Origin: Deltaproteobacteria bacterium
Lineage (GTDB): Bacteria > Myxococcota_A > Polyangia > Polyangiales > Houyiibacteriaceae
DNA: 64,000 nucleotides
Direction of reading: 5' to 3'
NCBI GenBank assembly: GCA_034670305.1
Contig: JAXMNT010000017.1
Span: 81,669 to 145,668 of the forward strand
Shown: piece after piece, positions 10,043 through 20,352 of the stretch
Numbering within the stretch: the stretch's first letter is position 1
How the letters are laid out: every line of letters begins with the position of its first letter
Position numbers and translations under genes: made by a program
The notes under the pieces: model-generated
Seen by the model: the letters and a program-made list of their open reading frames with translations, nothing else
Database searches by the model: none
What the model was told of the DNA's origin: nothing

Positions 10043-11995
10043 TCACTCCGGGATGAGCTCCTGTCCGGCGGCGCAGGCGATCTCCACCCCGGTCGGGCCG
10101 GTGTCGGTGCGGAGGATCTTGACCTCCACGCGGCGGTTGGCCTCCCACGCGGTCGCGTTGTGGCGCGGGTCGGTTGGGCACCGCTCGCCGTAGCCTGCGC
10201 TGCGCAGCCGACCACCCGCGACGCCGCGCTGAATGAGTGCTTCGCGGACCGCGGCGGCGCGGTCTCGGGTGAGCTGGATGTTGTACTCGTCGTCGCCACG
10301 CTCGTCGGCGTGTCCCTGGATCTCGACCAATTCCACTTCGGTGTGGCCGGTCATGGCCGCGGTGATCGCGTCGAGCACGGGGTAGCTCCGCTCCTGGATG
10401 CGGGCGCTGTCGGTGTCGAAGTAGATCTTCTCCAGCAAGATGAACCCGCCGGTCTCGTGCCGCAGCAGCCCCACATCCGGGCAGCCGTCTTCGTCCTCGA
10501 AGTTGTTGTACTCCTCGGGGTCGAGCGGGCAGTTGTCGTTCACGTCGAGGATGCGGTCGTTGTCGTTGTCCGGGTCTGGACAGCCGTCGTCGTCCTGGAA
10601 GTCGTCGGGGTCCTCGGGGTCGTTCGGGCACATGTCGTCGCGGTCGAAGATGCCGTCGCGGTCGTTGTCGTCGTCCGGGCAGCCGTCCTCGTCCTGGAAG
10701 CCGTCGCGGTCTTCGGGGTCGTCCGGACACTCATCGACTTCGTCGAGCAGCCCGTCGCCGTCGCGGTCGCCGGATTCGCCCTCCGGGCATCCGTCTTCGT
10801 CGGCGTCGCCGTCGCGGTCTTCGGGGACGAGTGGGCACTCGTCGTCGTCGTCGAGAATGCCGTCGCGGTCGTTGTCCGGATCGGGGCACCCATCGGGGTC
10901 GGCGAAGTTGTCGAAGTCCTCGGGTTCGTCTGGGCACTCGTCGACGTCGTCCTTGTAGCCGTCGCCGTCGCGGTCCCCGATCGACGGTTCGAAGACGAAC
11001 CCGACGGTGCCGCGCCACTGCGCTGCCGAGAGCCCGTCGGTCAGCCCGAGGCCGCCGCCGATCTGCAGGAACGAAGAGTGCTGCACGAAGATCTTCAGTC
11101 CCACCAGCGCTTCCACCGAGAGCGCGCCTTCTTGTCCGAACGCGGTGACGATCTGCGTGCCGTAGCTCTCGAGCACGACCTCCAGCCCGTCCGTAGCGCG
11201 CACGCCGATGCCCGCGCCAAACGTCAGCTCGTCGTCGTAGGTGAGGTCTTCGCCCACGCCCGGAACGAACATGGCCGAAGTCGCGTTGGTGCCGGTGGGT
11301 TCGGTGCGTCCGCCGACGCGCACGGTGCTGCCTTCGCCGAGCACGGCCCGGTATCCGACGTTGCCCACGAGTCGCACGCGGCGGTGCGGGCGCCACTCGA
11401 GCACGATCTCAGGCCAGATGCCCACGCCCGGTGCGCCCGCGAAGTTGCGCTCCGCCCCGCTCGGCAACTGCAGCCGCACGATGGCCGCGAGCCCGATCGG
11501 ATCCCGCTCCGGGCGGAGCAGCCGCACCTTGCCGTGCAGGACGAAGTCCCCGATGCCCTGTTGGCTGAGCCCGCCGACGTCTGGGCCGACGTTGTACTGA
11601 CCGGGCACCTCCACCGCTGGGCCGCCCACCACCGCGATGGGAAGTTGGGCACCGACGACCAGCCGGTTCGCGAGCCCGAGGTCCACGTGCAACGTGCCGG
11701 TGATCGAGTGATCGATCAGGTGCGAACGGCGCGACGCGTTGCCGGCCATCGCTCGGTCGTCGTTCGAGAACCCGTCGAACGGCACGATGCCGAAGCCGCC
11801 GTCCAAGACGAGGCCGAAGCTCACGTCGGTGTGGCCGAGGATGTCGGCGCCGTTGAGGGTGAGCAGGCCCTTCGAGTCCAGTGCCGGCCGGAACAGCCGC
11901 AGGTCCATGCCGCCGCCTTGCAGCTGGGCATCGGCGGAGGTGGGCCAGAAGAGGAGGGTCAGGGCCGCGCAGAGGAGACGAAAGCGTGGTTGCAT
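10043..11995 (-). CDS. OmpA-family outer membrane protein with thrombospondin type-3 (Ca-binding) repeats
   Basis: Signal peptide, beta-barrel-like N-domain, DxDxDG...D.CP..PED repeats, OmpA C-domain (IYFDTDS, IQGHAD, NRRVE). Alternative ATG at 12007. Confidence 0.92.
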   Translation of the reverse strand: MQPRFRLLCAALTLLFWPTSADAQLQGGGMDLRLFRPALDSKGLLTLNGADILGHTDVSFGLVLDGGFGIVPFDGFSNDDRAMAGNASRRSHLIDHSITGTLHVDLGLANRLVVGAQLPIAVVGGPAVEVPGQYNVGPDVGGLSQQGIGDFVLHGKVRLLRPERDPIGLAAIVRLQLPSGAERNFAGAPGVGIWPEIVLEWRPHRRVRLVGNVGYRAVLGEGSTVRVGGRTEPTGTNATSAMFVPGVGEDLTYDDELTFGAGIGVRATDGLEVVLESYGTQIVTAFGQEGALSVEALVGLKIFVQHSSFLQIGGGLGLTDGLSAAQWRGTVGFVFEPSIGDRDGDGYKDDVDECPDEPEDFDNFADPDGCPDPDNDRDGILDDDDECPLVPEDRDGDADEDGCPEGESGDRDGDGLLDEVDECPDDPEDRDGFQDEDGCPDDDNDRDGIFDRDDMCPNDPEDPDDFQDDDGCPDPDNDNDRILDVNDNCPLDPEEYNNFEDEDGCPDVGLLRHETGGFILLEKIYFDTDSARIQERSYPVLDAITAAMTGHTEVELVEIQGHADERGDDEYNIQLTRDRAAAVREALIQRGVAGGRLRSAGYGERCPTDPRHNATAWEANRRVEVKILRTDTGPTGVEIACAAGQELIPE

Positions 11996-12008
11996 GCCCT
12001 CGTGCATC

Positions 12009-12023
12009 GCAACGGACGTGCCG
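12009..12023 (-). promoter_or_regulatory. Putative sigma54 (-24/-12) promoter for the OmpA gene
   Basis: Minus strand CGGCACG-TCCG-TTGC: GG-N10-GC spacing, one mismatch to TGGCACG-N4-TTGC. Confidence 0.5.
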
Positions 12024-12104
12024 CACAGAAACCGGCGCGGCGTCCGCCCGGTCGTCGTGCCCGCACCACCGCCTGTCGTCTACAAGCGACAACACCCAGC
12101 GCGC

Positions 12105-12325
12105 ATCGGCTTCGGCGTCGGCGTCGGTTTCGCCCTCGGCTTCGGCTTCGGCTTCGGCTTCGGGATCGGCTTCAGCTTCAGCTTCAGCTTCGGCTTCGGC
12201 TTCGGCTTCGGCTTCGGGATCGGCTTCGGGATCGGCTTCAGCTTCGGCTTCGGCTTCGGGATCGGCTTCAGCTTCGGCTTCGGCTTCGGATTCGGCGTCG
12301 GCGTCGGCCTCGCTTCGGCGTCGGC
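12105..12325. repeat. Intergenic hexamer array (TCGGCT/TCGGGA/TCAGCT; CCGANN on minus)
   Basis: Tandem degenerate hexamers. Confidence 0.9.
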
Positions 12326-12351
12326 CACAAGAACGGCCTCATCCTCGACGC

Positions 12352-12747
12352 TCAGTTGAGTGAGTGCGGCATCGCGAGCGCGAACGGCGCGATCTCTGCG
12401 TCGAACACTTCGCCGTCGTCGGTATGCATCTGGTAGCTGCCGCGCATCTCGCCGCGCGGCGTCGTCAGGATGGCGCCGCTGGTGTACTCGAACCCTTCGC
12501 CGGGTCGCAGCACCGGCTGTTCACCGACGACCCCGGGTCCGCGCACCTCTTCGACCTCGCCCAGCTGGTTCCGGATCACCCAGTGCCGCGTGCGGAGCTG
12601 GACGGGGGCCTCGTGGGTGAGGTTCTCGATGCGCACCCGATACGCGAACACGTAGCGGAGCGCCTGCGGGTTGCTCTGCGCTTCCACGTATTGACTCTGC
12701 ACCACCACGCGGATGCCGTTGGTCGTGGCCGTTGACTGGATGTCCAT
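12352..12747 (-). CDS. apaG: ApaG (DUF525) protein
   Basis: [47 protein letters not shown]. Confidence 0.95.
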   Translation of the reverse strand: MDIQSTATTNGIRVVVQSQYVEAQSNPQALRYVFAYRVRIENLTHEAPVQLRTRHWVIRNQLGEVEEVRGPGVVGEQPVLRPGEGFEYTSGAILTTPRGEMRGSYQMHTDDGEVFDAEIAPFALAMPHSLN

Positions 12748-12763
12748 CGCGAAAAGGAAGGTG

Positions 12764-13273
12764 CTACGCCGCCGCGTTGGCGGCAGCGTCCCACGCGGAC
12801 TTCACGGTCTTGAAGGTCTCGATGGCGGACGCCGCGAGGTTGAGCGCTTGCGCTTCGACCAGTTTTCCGTGGACCGCTTTCGGATCCTTGTCCCAGCCCT
12901 TCGGCAGGTCGAGGCGCACGTTGAGCGGAACGCCCCCGAGCAGTCCTTGCTCTTCGAGGGTCCACACCGCTTCCGCCGCGAGGAACTGTCCGGCGACTTT
13001 GCGCACTTCCGGGGTGAGGTGGCTTGCGAGCGGGAACAGGTCGTAGAGTGCGACCGTGCCCTTCGGAAGTTTCAGCGCTTTGCGCAACGCGGCGAATGCG
13101 GGCGCGGCGACGGAGAGTTCGACCAGGTCCATGCCGGCGATCTGGTGGGCGCTGGAGGAGACGATCGCGCGCTCCATCGCGTCCCCGTGGCTGCGGGTGG
13201 TCGCGGCGGGTCGCGCGCCGGAATCGAGCAACGCGGTGACGACGAGGAAGGGGGTAGGGCTGGGCTCTGCCAT
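12764..13273 (-). CDS. Hypothetical protein
   Basis: Globular-looking 169-aa ORF co-directional with its neighbours. Confidence 0.7.
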   Translation of the reverse strand: MAEPSPTPFLVVTALLDSGARPAATTRSHGDAMERAIVSSSAHQIAGMDLVELSVAAPAFAALRKALKLPKGTVALYDLFPLASHLTPEVRKVAGQFLAAEAVWTLEEQGLLGGVPLNVRLDLPKGWDKDPKAVHGKLVEAQALNLAASAIETFKTVKSAWDAAANAAA

Positions 13274-13342
13274 GGCGGCGGAACATAGCCAATTCAGAGC
13301 GCGCACGACAGGGGAGAAGAGCCGAAGGCCTCGGCAGCAACT

Positions 13343-14254
13343 CTAGGGTCGGCCGAAGACGAGCTTCTTTTCGCTGCCGTCTTCGAAACCGCACAGCATC
13401 TGCCCGGGCGCGACCACCTGCAGCACCTTGCCGACCCCGAACTTCGGGTGGACGAAGTACTGTCCGGCTTCGTAGGTCGCCCGCATGCTGTAGCGCTCGG
13501 CGCTGCCACGCGCGGCGGCGACTTCGTCCGCGGTCAGGCGCTCCGCGGCGCGGGTGGTGCCTTTGGAGCTCTTCGACTTCGAACTGGACTTCGCGCTGCT
13601 CGACTTCGAACTCGAACCCGCGGTGCGGCGTCGTTTGGTGGGCGCGGCCTCTCTTGGCGGCGCGATGCGCTCGGCGGACTTCGCCAAGCCGCGCACCGAA
13701 TACTGCGCTTTGCGAAAGTGACTCAGCAGCGCTTCGCAGACGAGCACCTCTTCCACGACCGGCGCACGCCCTGAGGCGAAACACTCTTCGTGGTACTCGT
13801 GCGCGGCCTTCACGATGAGCACGAGTCGTTCGGCGCGGTCGAGTTCGTTCGGACCCCCACCGAGCGCGGGGAACGCGACGCGCTCCACGTTGCGTTCGGC
13901 GGCGAAGCGCAGCACCTGCAGCACGCCCTCGCGAATGATCGCCGCGGTGGGGGCGTCCGATCGCGCGGTGCCGGGTTCGGGTTCGCGGCTCGCGATCCAC
14001 GCGAGGAAGTTGCAGTGCAGGCGGCCGGGATGCACGCGGATCACCGACGGGATCTCGAGCTTGCGGCCCTCGACTTGGCGCAGTTCGTTGTCGAGCGCGC
14101 GCTGCAGCGTGTCGCCGTAGTGCTCGCGCAGTTCGCTGTCCGGTCCGGGCCCCGGCCACATCTGCATGTCGGCGGTGCCGTCGTAGGCGATGCATCCGAC
14201 GCGCTGTTTGGACGGGAGGGAGAAGACCGAGAGATTGATCAGCGTGACTTCCAC
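13343..14254 (-). CDS. Divergent macrodomain protein with C-terminal Tudor/SH3-like (HPKFGxG) domain
   Basis: PGRLHCNFLAWI, VERVAFPALGGG (macro-like), S/K-rich linker, YEAGQYFVHPKFGVGKV...FEDGSEKKL. Confidence 0.65.
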   Translation of the reverse strand: MEVTLINLSVFSLPSKQRVGCIAYDGTADMQMWPGPGPDSELREHYGDTLQRALDNELRQVEGRKLEIPSVIRVHPGRLHCNFLAWIASREPEPGTARSDAPTAAIIREGVLQVLRFAAERNVERVAFPALGGGPNELDRAERLVLIVKAAHEYHEECFASGRAPVVEEVLVCEALLSHFRKAQYSVRGLAKSAERIAPPREAAPTKRRRTAGSSSKSSSAKSSSKSKSSKGTTRAAERLTADEVAAARGSAERYSMRATYEAGQYFVHPKFGVGKVLQVVAPGQMLCGFEDGSEKKLVFGRP

Positions 14255-14307
14255 TAGGTCAGGCGCTTAGCACGCGAACCGCACGCGTCTCGTGCCGATC
14301 TCGGAAA

Positions 14308-14910
14308 TCAGAACAAGCTGTCGATGGGGCCGGCGCCTTCGCGGACGATGGTCGGGTCGGGGGTCGAGAGATCGATGACGGTCGACGGGTCGAGCGCGCC
14401 CCAGCCCGAGTCGATCAGCAGGTCGGCTTGTTTGAAGCGAACCGCGAGGTCGTCCGGGTCGTTGAGCTGCTCGCCGTCCCAGGTCGCCGAGGTGGAGACG
14501 ATGGGGTTGCCGAGCTCCCGCACGAGCGCCAGCGCGACTTCGTGGTGCGGCACGCGGATGCCCACCGTCTTGCGTTTCATCATCAAGATGCGCGGGACCT
14601 CGCGCGTCGCCTGCAGGATGAACGTGTAGGGCCCGGGCAGCAGCCGGCGCATGATGCGGTAGGCGCGGTCGTCCACAATGGCGTAGCGCGCGATGTCTCC
14701 GAGATCCGGACAGACGAACGCGACCGGATGGTCCTTCTTCATCTGCTTGATCTGGTAGACCCGATCGAGCGCCTTCTTCTGCATGGCGTCGCAGCCGATC
14801 GCGTAGACGGTGTCGGTCGGGTAGCAGATCACGCCGCCGCGCCGGAGGATCTCGACCGCCTTGCCGATCTTGCGTGGCTCGGGATGGGTGGGGTGGATCT
14901 CCATGCGCAT
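14308..14910 (-). CDS. YrdC/Sua5-family protein (YciO-like; threonylcarbamoyl-AMP synthase family)
   Basis: IHPTHPEPR, GGVICYPTDTVYAIGC, LLPGPYTFIL, TVGIRVP, PIVSTSA, PSTVIDL. Confidence 0.9.
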   Translation of the reverse strand: MRMEIHPTHPEPRKIGKAVEILRRGGVICYPTDTVYAIGCDAMQKKALDRVYQIKQMKKDHPVAFVCPDLGDIARYAIVDDRAYRIMRRLLPGPYTFILQATREVPRILMMKRKTVGIRVPHHEVALALVRELGNPIVSTSATWDGEQLNDPDDLAVRFKQADLLIDSGWGALDPSTVIDLSTPDPTIVREGAGPIDSLF

Positions 14911-14941
14911 GGCGCGCCAGGTAGCGCGTCTCGCGCCAGGT

Positions 14942-15433
14942 TCAAGTGGAGCGCTCCTCGAGCAGCCTCCGCGCGGCGTGTTGATGTTCGAGAAGCGCCG
15001 GGTCGAGTCCATCGCGCCACCGGGCCGGCGTGACGAATCCGTGGTGGCCGGCCCACGCGCGTCCCAAGCGTTCCCATGCACGGGGCGCCACCCCGATCAG
15101 CCACCCGTCCGGCGTGGTGAAGACGTGATCAACCGCCCAGTCGAGCGCGAGCGCGGTCGCGTCCAAGAAGGCGCGCACCGCTTGGTCGCGGACCGAGGCA
15201 GCGCGCTCAGGTTCGACCGGTTCGTAGAGTCGGTCGAGCATCTCCCAGCTCTGAATCCGTCCGAGCAGCTCCGCGTGCGCGATGGGGCGTTCGGCCTCGG
15301 GCCGCAACACCCCTTCGAACCCGACCCCCCCGTCGACGTGGATCACCTGCTGCGCGTCGTAGAGTACGCGCGCTTCGGCGGTCCGTCCGGCGAGGAGCGC
15401 GGCGGCGAACGGAGCGTCGCGCCAGCTGCGCAT
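14942..15433 (-). CDS. Hypothetical protein
   Basis: ATG directly abuts the kinase stop codon; fills the gap in the operon. Confidence 0.6.
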   Translation of the reverse strand: MRSWRDAPFAAALLAGRTAEARVLYDAQQVIHVDGGVGFEGVLRPEAERPIAHAELLGRIQSWEMLDRLYEPVEPERAASVRDQAVRAFLDATALALDWAVDHVFTTPDGWLIGVAPRAWERLGRAWAGHHGFVTPARWRDGLDPALLEHQHAARRLLEERST

Positions 15434-16504
15434 TCAGCCCGAGAGCACGAGGCCGAGCACGGCCACAAGGGCGATCGCCGCGATGCTGAGCACGGCGATC
15501 ATCACGTAGAAGAGTGTCTTGTCGTTCGAGCCCTGGGCAGGCGCGATCGGTTGCTGCGCCGATGCGATGGGCGCGACCGGTGCGTGCGCGACCGGGGCTT
15601 GCCCCAATGGCGCGACCGGTGCGTGTGCTGGAGCCGCTGCCGCGGTGCCGAGCCCGGGGATCGCTTCGAGCGCGCGCAACATCTCTCCGGCGTCTTGGTA
15701 CCGGTCGGTCGCCTTCTTCGCCATGGCCTTCACGATCACCGCGTCGAGTTCGGCAGGCAACCGCACGCCGCCCTCGAGCACGTCGTTCACGCTCGGCACC
15801 GGCTTGCCGAAGTGCGCTTGGAACATCGAGATGCGGTCTTCTTCCATGAACGGCCACAGCCCGGTGAACACCTCGAAGAGGATCACGCCGGCCGAGTAGA
15901 CATCGCCGCGTGTGTCGACGGGTGCACCAGCGCATTGTTCGGGCGCCATGTACGCCGGGGTGCCCATCACCGAGCCTTGCACCGTGAGGTTCTTGGACTC
16001 GCCCCAGCGGTCGTCATCCACGAACTTCACGAGGCCGAAGTCGAGCAGCTTCGCGGTCATGGTTCCGTCGGCCGCGGTCGAGACGAAGACGTTCTCGGTC
16101 TTGAGATCGCGGTGCAGCACGGATTTGGAGTGCGCGAACGCGAGACCGGTGAGCACTTGACGGCACAGGTCGTAGGCGATGGGCGGTGCGAGTGGTCCGT
16201 CCTCGACCATCGCGTCGAGCGGGCTGCCGCTCAGCAGCTCCATCGCGAGGTAGGGCATGCCGTTGACGATGCCGAAGTCGTGGACCGCGAGCACGTTCGG
16301 GTGCTCGAGGGCAAAGAGGGCGCGGGCTTCGCGTTCGAAGCGTTCGCGCAGCTCGGCCTGGTCGCCAAGCTCTTCGTGCAGCACCTTGATCGCGAGCTGT
16401 GGCCCGTTCGGCTGCTCCGCCCGATACACCGCCCCCATGGCCCCCTCGCCGATGAGTTCGAGGATCCGGTAGCGCCCGTCGAGCACGGCGCCGATGAGGT
16501 TCAT
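15434..16504 (-). CDS. Membrane-anchored Hanks-type Ser/Thr protein kinase
   Basis: IGEGAMGAVY, AIK, HRDLKTEN, DFG, GTPAYMAPE; Pro/Ala linker and C-terminal TM helix. Confidence 0.93.
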   Translation of the reverse strand: MNLIGAVLDGRYRILELIGEGAMGAVYRAEQPNGPQLAIKVLHEELGDQAELRERFEREARALFALEHPNVLAVHDFGIVNGMPYLAMELLSGSPLDAMVEDGPLAPPIAYDLCRQVLTGLAFAHSKSVLHRDLKTENVFVSTAADGTMTAKLLDFGLVKFVDDDRWGESKNLTVQGSVMGTPAYMAPEQCAGAPVDTRGDVYSAGVILFEVFTGLWPFMEEDRISMFQAHFGKPVPSVNDVLEGGVRLPAELDAVIVKAMAKKATDRYQDAGEMLRALEAIPGLGTAAAAPAHAPVAPLGQAPVAHAPVAPIASAQQPIAPAQGSNDKTLFYVMIAVLSIAAIALVAVLGLVLSG

Positions 16505-16610
16505 GACGGTGGGTCGTCCGCTCTGCACGTGCGCCGATTCTTCACGCTGCCCACCCCACGTCAAGCCAACCCGCCAAACCCGGCCCAAACACAGAGTCAT
16601 GGGGACCGCA

Positions 16611-16840
16611 ATCGGGATCGGCTTCGGGATTCGGCGTCGGAGTCTGCTGCTTCGGAATCGCCGTCGGAATCGGCGTCGGAATCGGCGTCGGAATCGGCGT
16701 CGGAATCGGCGTCGGAATCGGCGTCGGAATCGGCGTCGGAATCGGCGTCGGAATCGGCTTCGGAATCGGCGTCGGAATCGGCGTCGGAATCGGCGTCGGA
16801 ATCGGCGTCGGAATCGGCGTCGGAATCGGCTTCGGGGTCG
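16611..16840. repeat. Intergenic (GGAATCGGCGTC)n 12-mer/hexamer array
   Basis: Near-perfect tandem repeat. Confidence 0.95.
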
Positions 16841-16878
16841 ACCTCCGCGGCCACCCATCGGGGATGGGCACGGACCTG

Positions 16879-18108
16879 TCAGCGTGCGATCAGCGCGGCG
16901 ACTCGGTCGAGGATGGCGTCGGCGAGTTCGCGTTTGGTGCCTCGGGGGAGTTCGGTGGCGCTGTGGGCGTCGACCAGGGTGACCAGGTTGTCGTCTTTGC
17001 CGAACCCGTCGCGCGCGAGGTTGCCGACGATCAAGTCGACCTTCTTGCGCTCGAGTTTGCCTCGGGCGCGGACGACGACGTCGGACGTCTCGAGCGCGAA
17101 GCCGACCAACAGGGGTCGACTGCCGGTTCTCGCGGCGCCGAGCTCTGCGAGAATGTCCGGGTTGCGCACGAGCTCGAGCACGCGGCCTTCCTGCGCGTCC
17201 TTTGACTTCTTGATCTTCTCCGCCGCCACATCCTTCGGGCGGAAGTCCGCGACGGCGGCCGCCATGATCACGACATCGGCGCCGGCTTCCAGGCTGCCTT
17301 CGAGTGCGGCTTTCATCTCAAGCGCGGAGCGGACGGGGACGCGGCGAATCGCGGGGTGGGGGTCCGGAAGGGTGGTGGGGCCGGAGACCAGCACCACCGA
17401 CGCTCCGCGGGCACGCGCGGCTTCGGCGAGCGCGTAGCCCATACGGCCGGTCGAGCGGTTGCCGAGGTACCGCACCGGATCGAGATCCTCGTGGGTGGGA
17501 CCGGCGCTGACGACGACGGTGAGGCCGCTCAGATCCGACGCCGGTTTCGCGTCGGCCGTCTCGGAATCCGCGAGCACCCGCTCGAGGGCGTCCGCGATGT
17601 CCTCCGGTTCGGCGAGGCGTCCGTCGCCCACCTCGCCGCTCGCGAGTGGGCCGCACACGGGGCCGACGAACGCCGCGCCGTCCCCTCGGAGCCGTTCGAC
17701 GTTGCGGCGCGTCGCTGGGCGCGACCACATGCGGTGGTGCATCGCCGGAGCGAACAGCACCGGGCAGGCGACGCAGGAGAGGGTGGCGAGCACCGCGTCG
17801 TCGGCGAAGCCGTGCGCGCTGCGGGCGAGCAGGTTCATCGTGGCGGGCGCGACGACCATCGCGTCGGCCCAGACGCCGAGCTCGACGTGGACTTCGCCCG
17901 CGTAACTCGGGTCCCAGAGATCGGTGACGGCGGGCCGGCCAGTGATGCCGGTGAACGTGACCGGGCCGACGAAGCGGGCGCCGGCGCGGGTCATGACGAC
18001 GCGGACTTCGTGGCCGCGGCGCTGCAACTCGCGGACGAGGAGCACGGCTTTGAACGCGGCGATGCCACCACCCACCCCGACGACGATTCGAGCCACGAGC
18101 GCGAGCAT
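16879..18108 (-). CDS. coaBC: Bifunctional phosphopantothenoylcysteine decarboxylase / phosphopantothenate-cysteine ligase
   Basis: [59 protein letters not shown]. Confidence 0.96.
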   Translation of the reverse strand: MLALVARIVVGVGGGIAAFKAVLLVRELQRRGHEVRVVMTRAGARFVGPVTFTGITGRPAVTDLWDPSYAGEVHVELGVWADAMVVAPATMNLLARSAHGFADDAVLATLSCVACPVLFAPAMHHRMWSRPATRRNVERLRGDGAAFVGPVCGPLASGEVGDGRLAEPEDIADALERVLADSETADAKPASDLSGLTVVVSAGPTHEDLDPVRYLGNRSTGRMGYALAEAARARGASVVLVSGPTTLPDPHPAIRRVPVRSALEMKAALEGSLEAGADVVIMAAAVADFRPKDVAAEKIKKSKDAQEGRVLELVRNPDILAELGAARTGSRPLLVGFALETSDVVVRARGKLERKKVDLIVGNLARDGFGKDDNLVTLVDAHSATELPRGTKRELADAILDRVAALIAR

Positions 18109-18139
18109 AGCAAGGCGCGCGGGCTGGGGTTGTTGGCGA

Positions 18140-18372
18140 CGCAGTTCTTGTCGCTGCCGTTGTCTCTGTCGCAGTTTCTGTCGCTGCCGTTGTTTCTGTC
18201 GCTGACGCTGGTTCTGTCGCTGGTTTGGCGCTGGTTCTGTCGCCGACGCTGGTTCTGTCGCTGACGCTGCTTCTGACGCTGACGCTGGTTCTGTCGCTGA
18301 CGCTGGTTCTGTCGCTGACGCTGGTTCTGTCGCTGACGCTGGTTCTGTCGCTGACGCTGGTTCTGTCGCTGA
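18140..18372. repeat. 18-bp tandem repeat (GCTGGTTCTGTCGCTGAC)n with degenerate 5' copies
   Basis: Seen directly in the coaBC / VanW divergent gap. Confidence 0.9.
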
Positions 18373-18373
18373 A

Positions 18374-18611
18374 CCCGATGCCGACGCCGATGCCGAAGCC
18401 GATGCCGACGCCGAAGCCGAAGCCGAAGCCGATGCCGATGCCGATGCCGAAGCCGATGCCGACGCCGAAGCCGAAGCCGATGCCGAAGCCGATGCCGATG
18501 CCGAAGCCGATGCCGATGCCGAAGCCGATGCCGACGCCGATGCCGATGCCGATGCCCATGCCGAAGCCGAAGCCGAAGCCGATGCCGATGCCGACGCCGA
18601 TGCCGATGCCG
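18374..18611. repeat. CCGATG/CCGAAG/CCGACG hexamer array
   Basis: Tandem hexamers. Confidence 0.92.
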
Positions 18612-18655
18612 TGGAAAAGTTGACCACTGAAGCCCGTCTCTGGAGCATCGGGCGC

Positions 18656-20101
18656 ATGCGACGACTGGTCTTGCTCGTGGCGCTCTTGATGGTGCCGGCC
18701 GGGTTCTCGGCCCGGGCCGACGATGCCGTGGTGCGGGTCGCTGGGGTGGCGGTGCCGGCGTCGGAGTCTCCGGGCCAGGCGGCGCAGCGGTTGGCGGAGA
18801 CGTACCTCCAAGAGACGATCACGATCGGGGGCATCGGCGCGACGCAGACGCGGACGCGTGCTTCGCTTGGCGGCAAGGTCGATCTCGAATTGCTCGAGCG
18901 GTGGATTCGAGAGGCGCGCGACCCGGACTCGCGGCTGAGAGAAGCGTCGAGCCTGCCGATCGATCTGCGTCTGCCGGTGCTGCTGGATCCCGAGGCGCCC
19001 CGGGGGTGGCTGACCGAACTCAAGGCGCGGCGCGATCGAGCCGCGCACGATGCGACGCTCGATCCGGAGACCGGCGAAGTCGTTGCGGAGCTCGCTGGGG
19101 TCGCGGTGGATGTGTGGGCCACGCTGGACCGTCTGGACGCGGCGCTTCGCGACGGCACCGACCGGGTGGAGATCGTGGTGCGCACCACCGAAGCGCGGCG
19201 GACCGCGGCCCAGCTGCACGCCGCGGATGTGCGCACGGTGCTCGGCACCTTCGAGACGCCGTACAACGGGAGCGGCGAAGCGGCGGAGCGGACCCACAAC
19301 CTCCGGGTCGCGGCCGCGAAGATCGATGGGCTCGTGCTCCTGCCGGGCGAAGAGTTCGACTTCAACGACGTGGTCGGCGAACGCAGCTTGGCCAACGGGT
19401 TCAAACCGGCGCCGGTCATCGCAGGCGGCGAGCTGGTGGATGGAGTCGGTGGCGGCGCGTGTCAGATCGCCGGCACGCTGCATGCGGCGGCCTACTTCGC
19501 GGGCCTCGAGATCGTCGAGCGCAGCCCGCACAGCCGGCCGAGCTCGTACATCAAGCTCGGCCTCGACGCGGCGGTGTCGTACCCGAACCTGACCTTCCGG
19601 TTCCGCAACAACCGCGACTTCCCGATCCTCGTCCGGCTTGTCGTGCAGGGCGGCTGGGTTCGGGGTGAGCTGCGCGGGGCGGAACGGACCGAACGGGTGG
19701 CGTTCATCCGCCGCATCGACGAGGTCGCGCCGTTCGACGAGCGCGAACAGAACGACAGCCGGCTTCCGAGCGGCGTGCGGGTGCTGAGCCAACGTGGCGT
19801 TCCTGGGTTCAGCCTCACCACCTTTCGACTTCTCACCGATGTCCGAACGCGGCAGTCGCGGCGGCAACGGAGTGAGTCGAGCTACCCGCCGACCACGCAG
19901 ATCTGGCGGGTCGGGACCGGACCGGCAGCGGCGGCAGGCTACGAGCCTCCGAGCGGCGACACCCACGGCGAGTACACGGCGGACTCGTACCTCGTGACCA
20001 CTCAGGGACCGGACGTGGAAGGCACGCCGACGATTCGCCGGGCGGGCCGGACGGGCACACGTGGGTGGACGGCGCGGGAGGGCATGCCCCAGCCGGACTG
20101 A
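18656..20101 (+). CDS. Secreted VanW-family protein with G5-like domain
   Basis: Signal peptide; RTHNLRVAAAKIDG, PGEEFDFNDVVGER, GGGACQIAGTLH, ERSPHS, GLDAAV; C-terminal ...QIWRVGT. Confidence 0.9.
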   Translation: MRRLVLLVALLMVPAGFSARADDAVVRVAGVAVPASESPGQAAQRLAETYLQETITIGGIGATQTRTRASLGGKVDLELLERWIREARDPDSRLREASSLPIDLRLPVLLDPEAPRGWLTELKARRDRAAHDATLDPETGEVVAELAGVAVDVWATLDRLDAALRDGTDRVEIVVRTTEARRTAAQLHAADVRTVLGTFETPYNGSGEAAERTHNLRVAAAKIDGLVLLPGEEFDFNDVVGERSLANGFKPAPVIAGGELVDGVGGGACQIAGTLHAAAYFAGLEIVERSPHSRPSSYIKLGLDAAVSYPNLTFRFRNNRDFPILVRLVVQGGWVRGELRGAERTERVAFIRRIDEVAPFDEREQNDSRLPSGVRVLSQRGVPGFSLTTFRLLTDVRTRQSRRQRSESSYPPTTQIWRVGTGPAAAAGYEPPSGDTHGEYTADSYLVTTQGPDVEGTPTIRRAGRTGTRGWTAREGMPQPD

Positions 20102-20107
20102 CATCTT

Positions 20108-20302
20108 CCCGAAGCCGACGCCGACGCCGAAGCCGAAGCCGAAGCCGAAGCCGAAGCCGATGCCGATGCCGAAGCCGATGCCGATGCCGAAGCCGATGCT
20201 GATGCCGATGCCGATGCTGATGCCGACGCCGAAGCTGAGGCCGAAGCCGAAGCCGTTGCCGAAGCGCCGAGGCCGAGGCCGAACGCCGTTGCCGTTGCCG
20301 AT
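20108..20302. repeat. CCGANN hexamer array
   Basis: Tandem hexamers just after the VanW stop. Confidence 0.9.
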
Positions 20303-20352
20303 GGTGCTGCTCGACATGGTCGGTGGCAGGGCTCTCGTGCTAAATTGTACGG

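Noticed and set aside
12080-12363. ORFs encoding PKPKP / ASASAS / GFGFG polymers here and at other arrays
   Set aside because: They are translations of intergenic hexamer repeats that lack stops, with no RBS or domain context. Translation cannot be strictly excluded.
16879-19419. 846-aa extended coaBC ORF (also extended folD, cyclase and kinase ORFs)
   Set aside because: The extensions run through repeats or opposite-strand genes; family homology begins at the downstream starts annotated.
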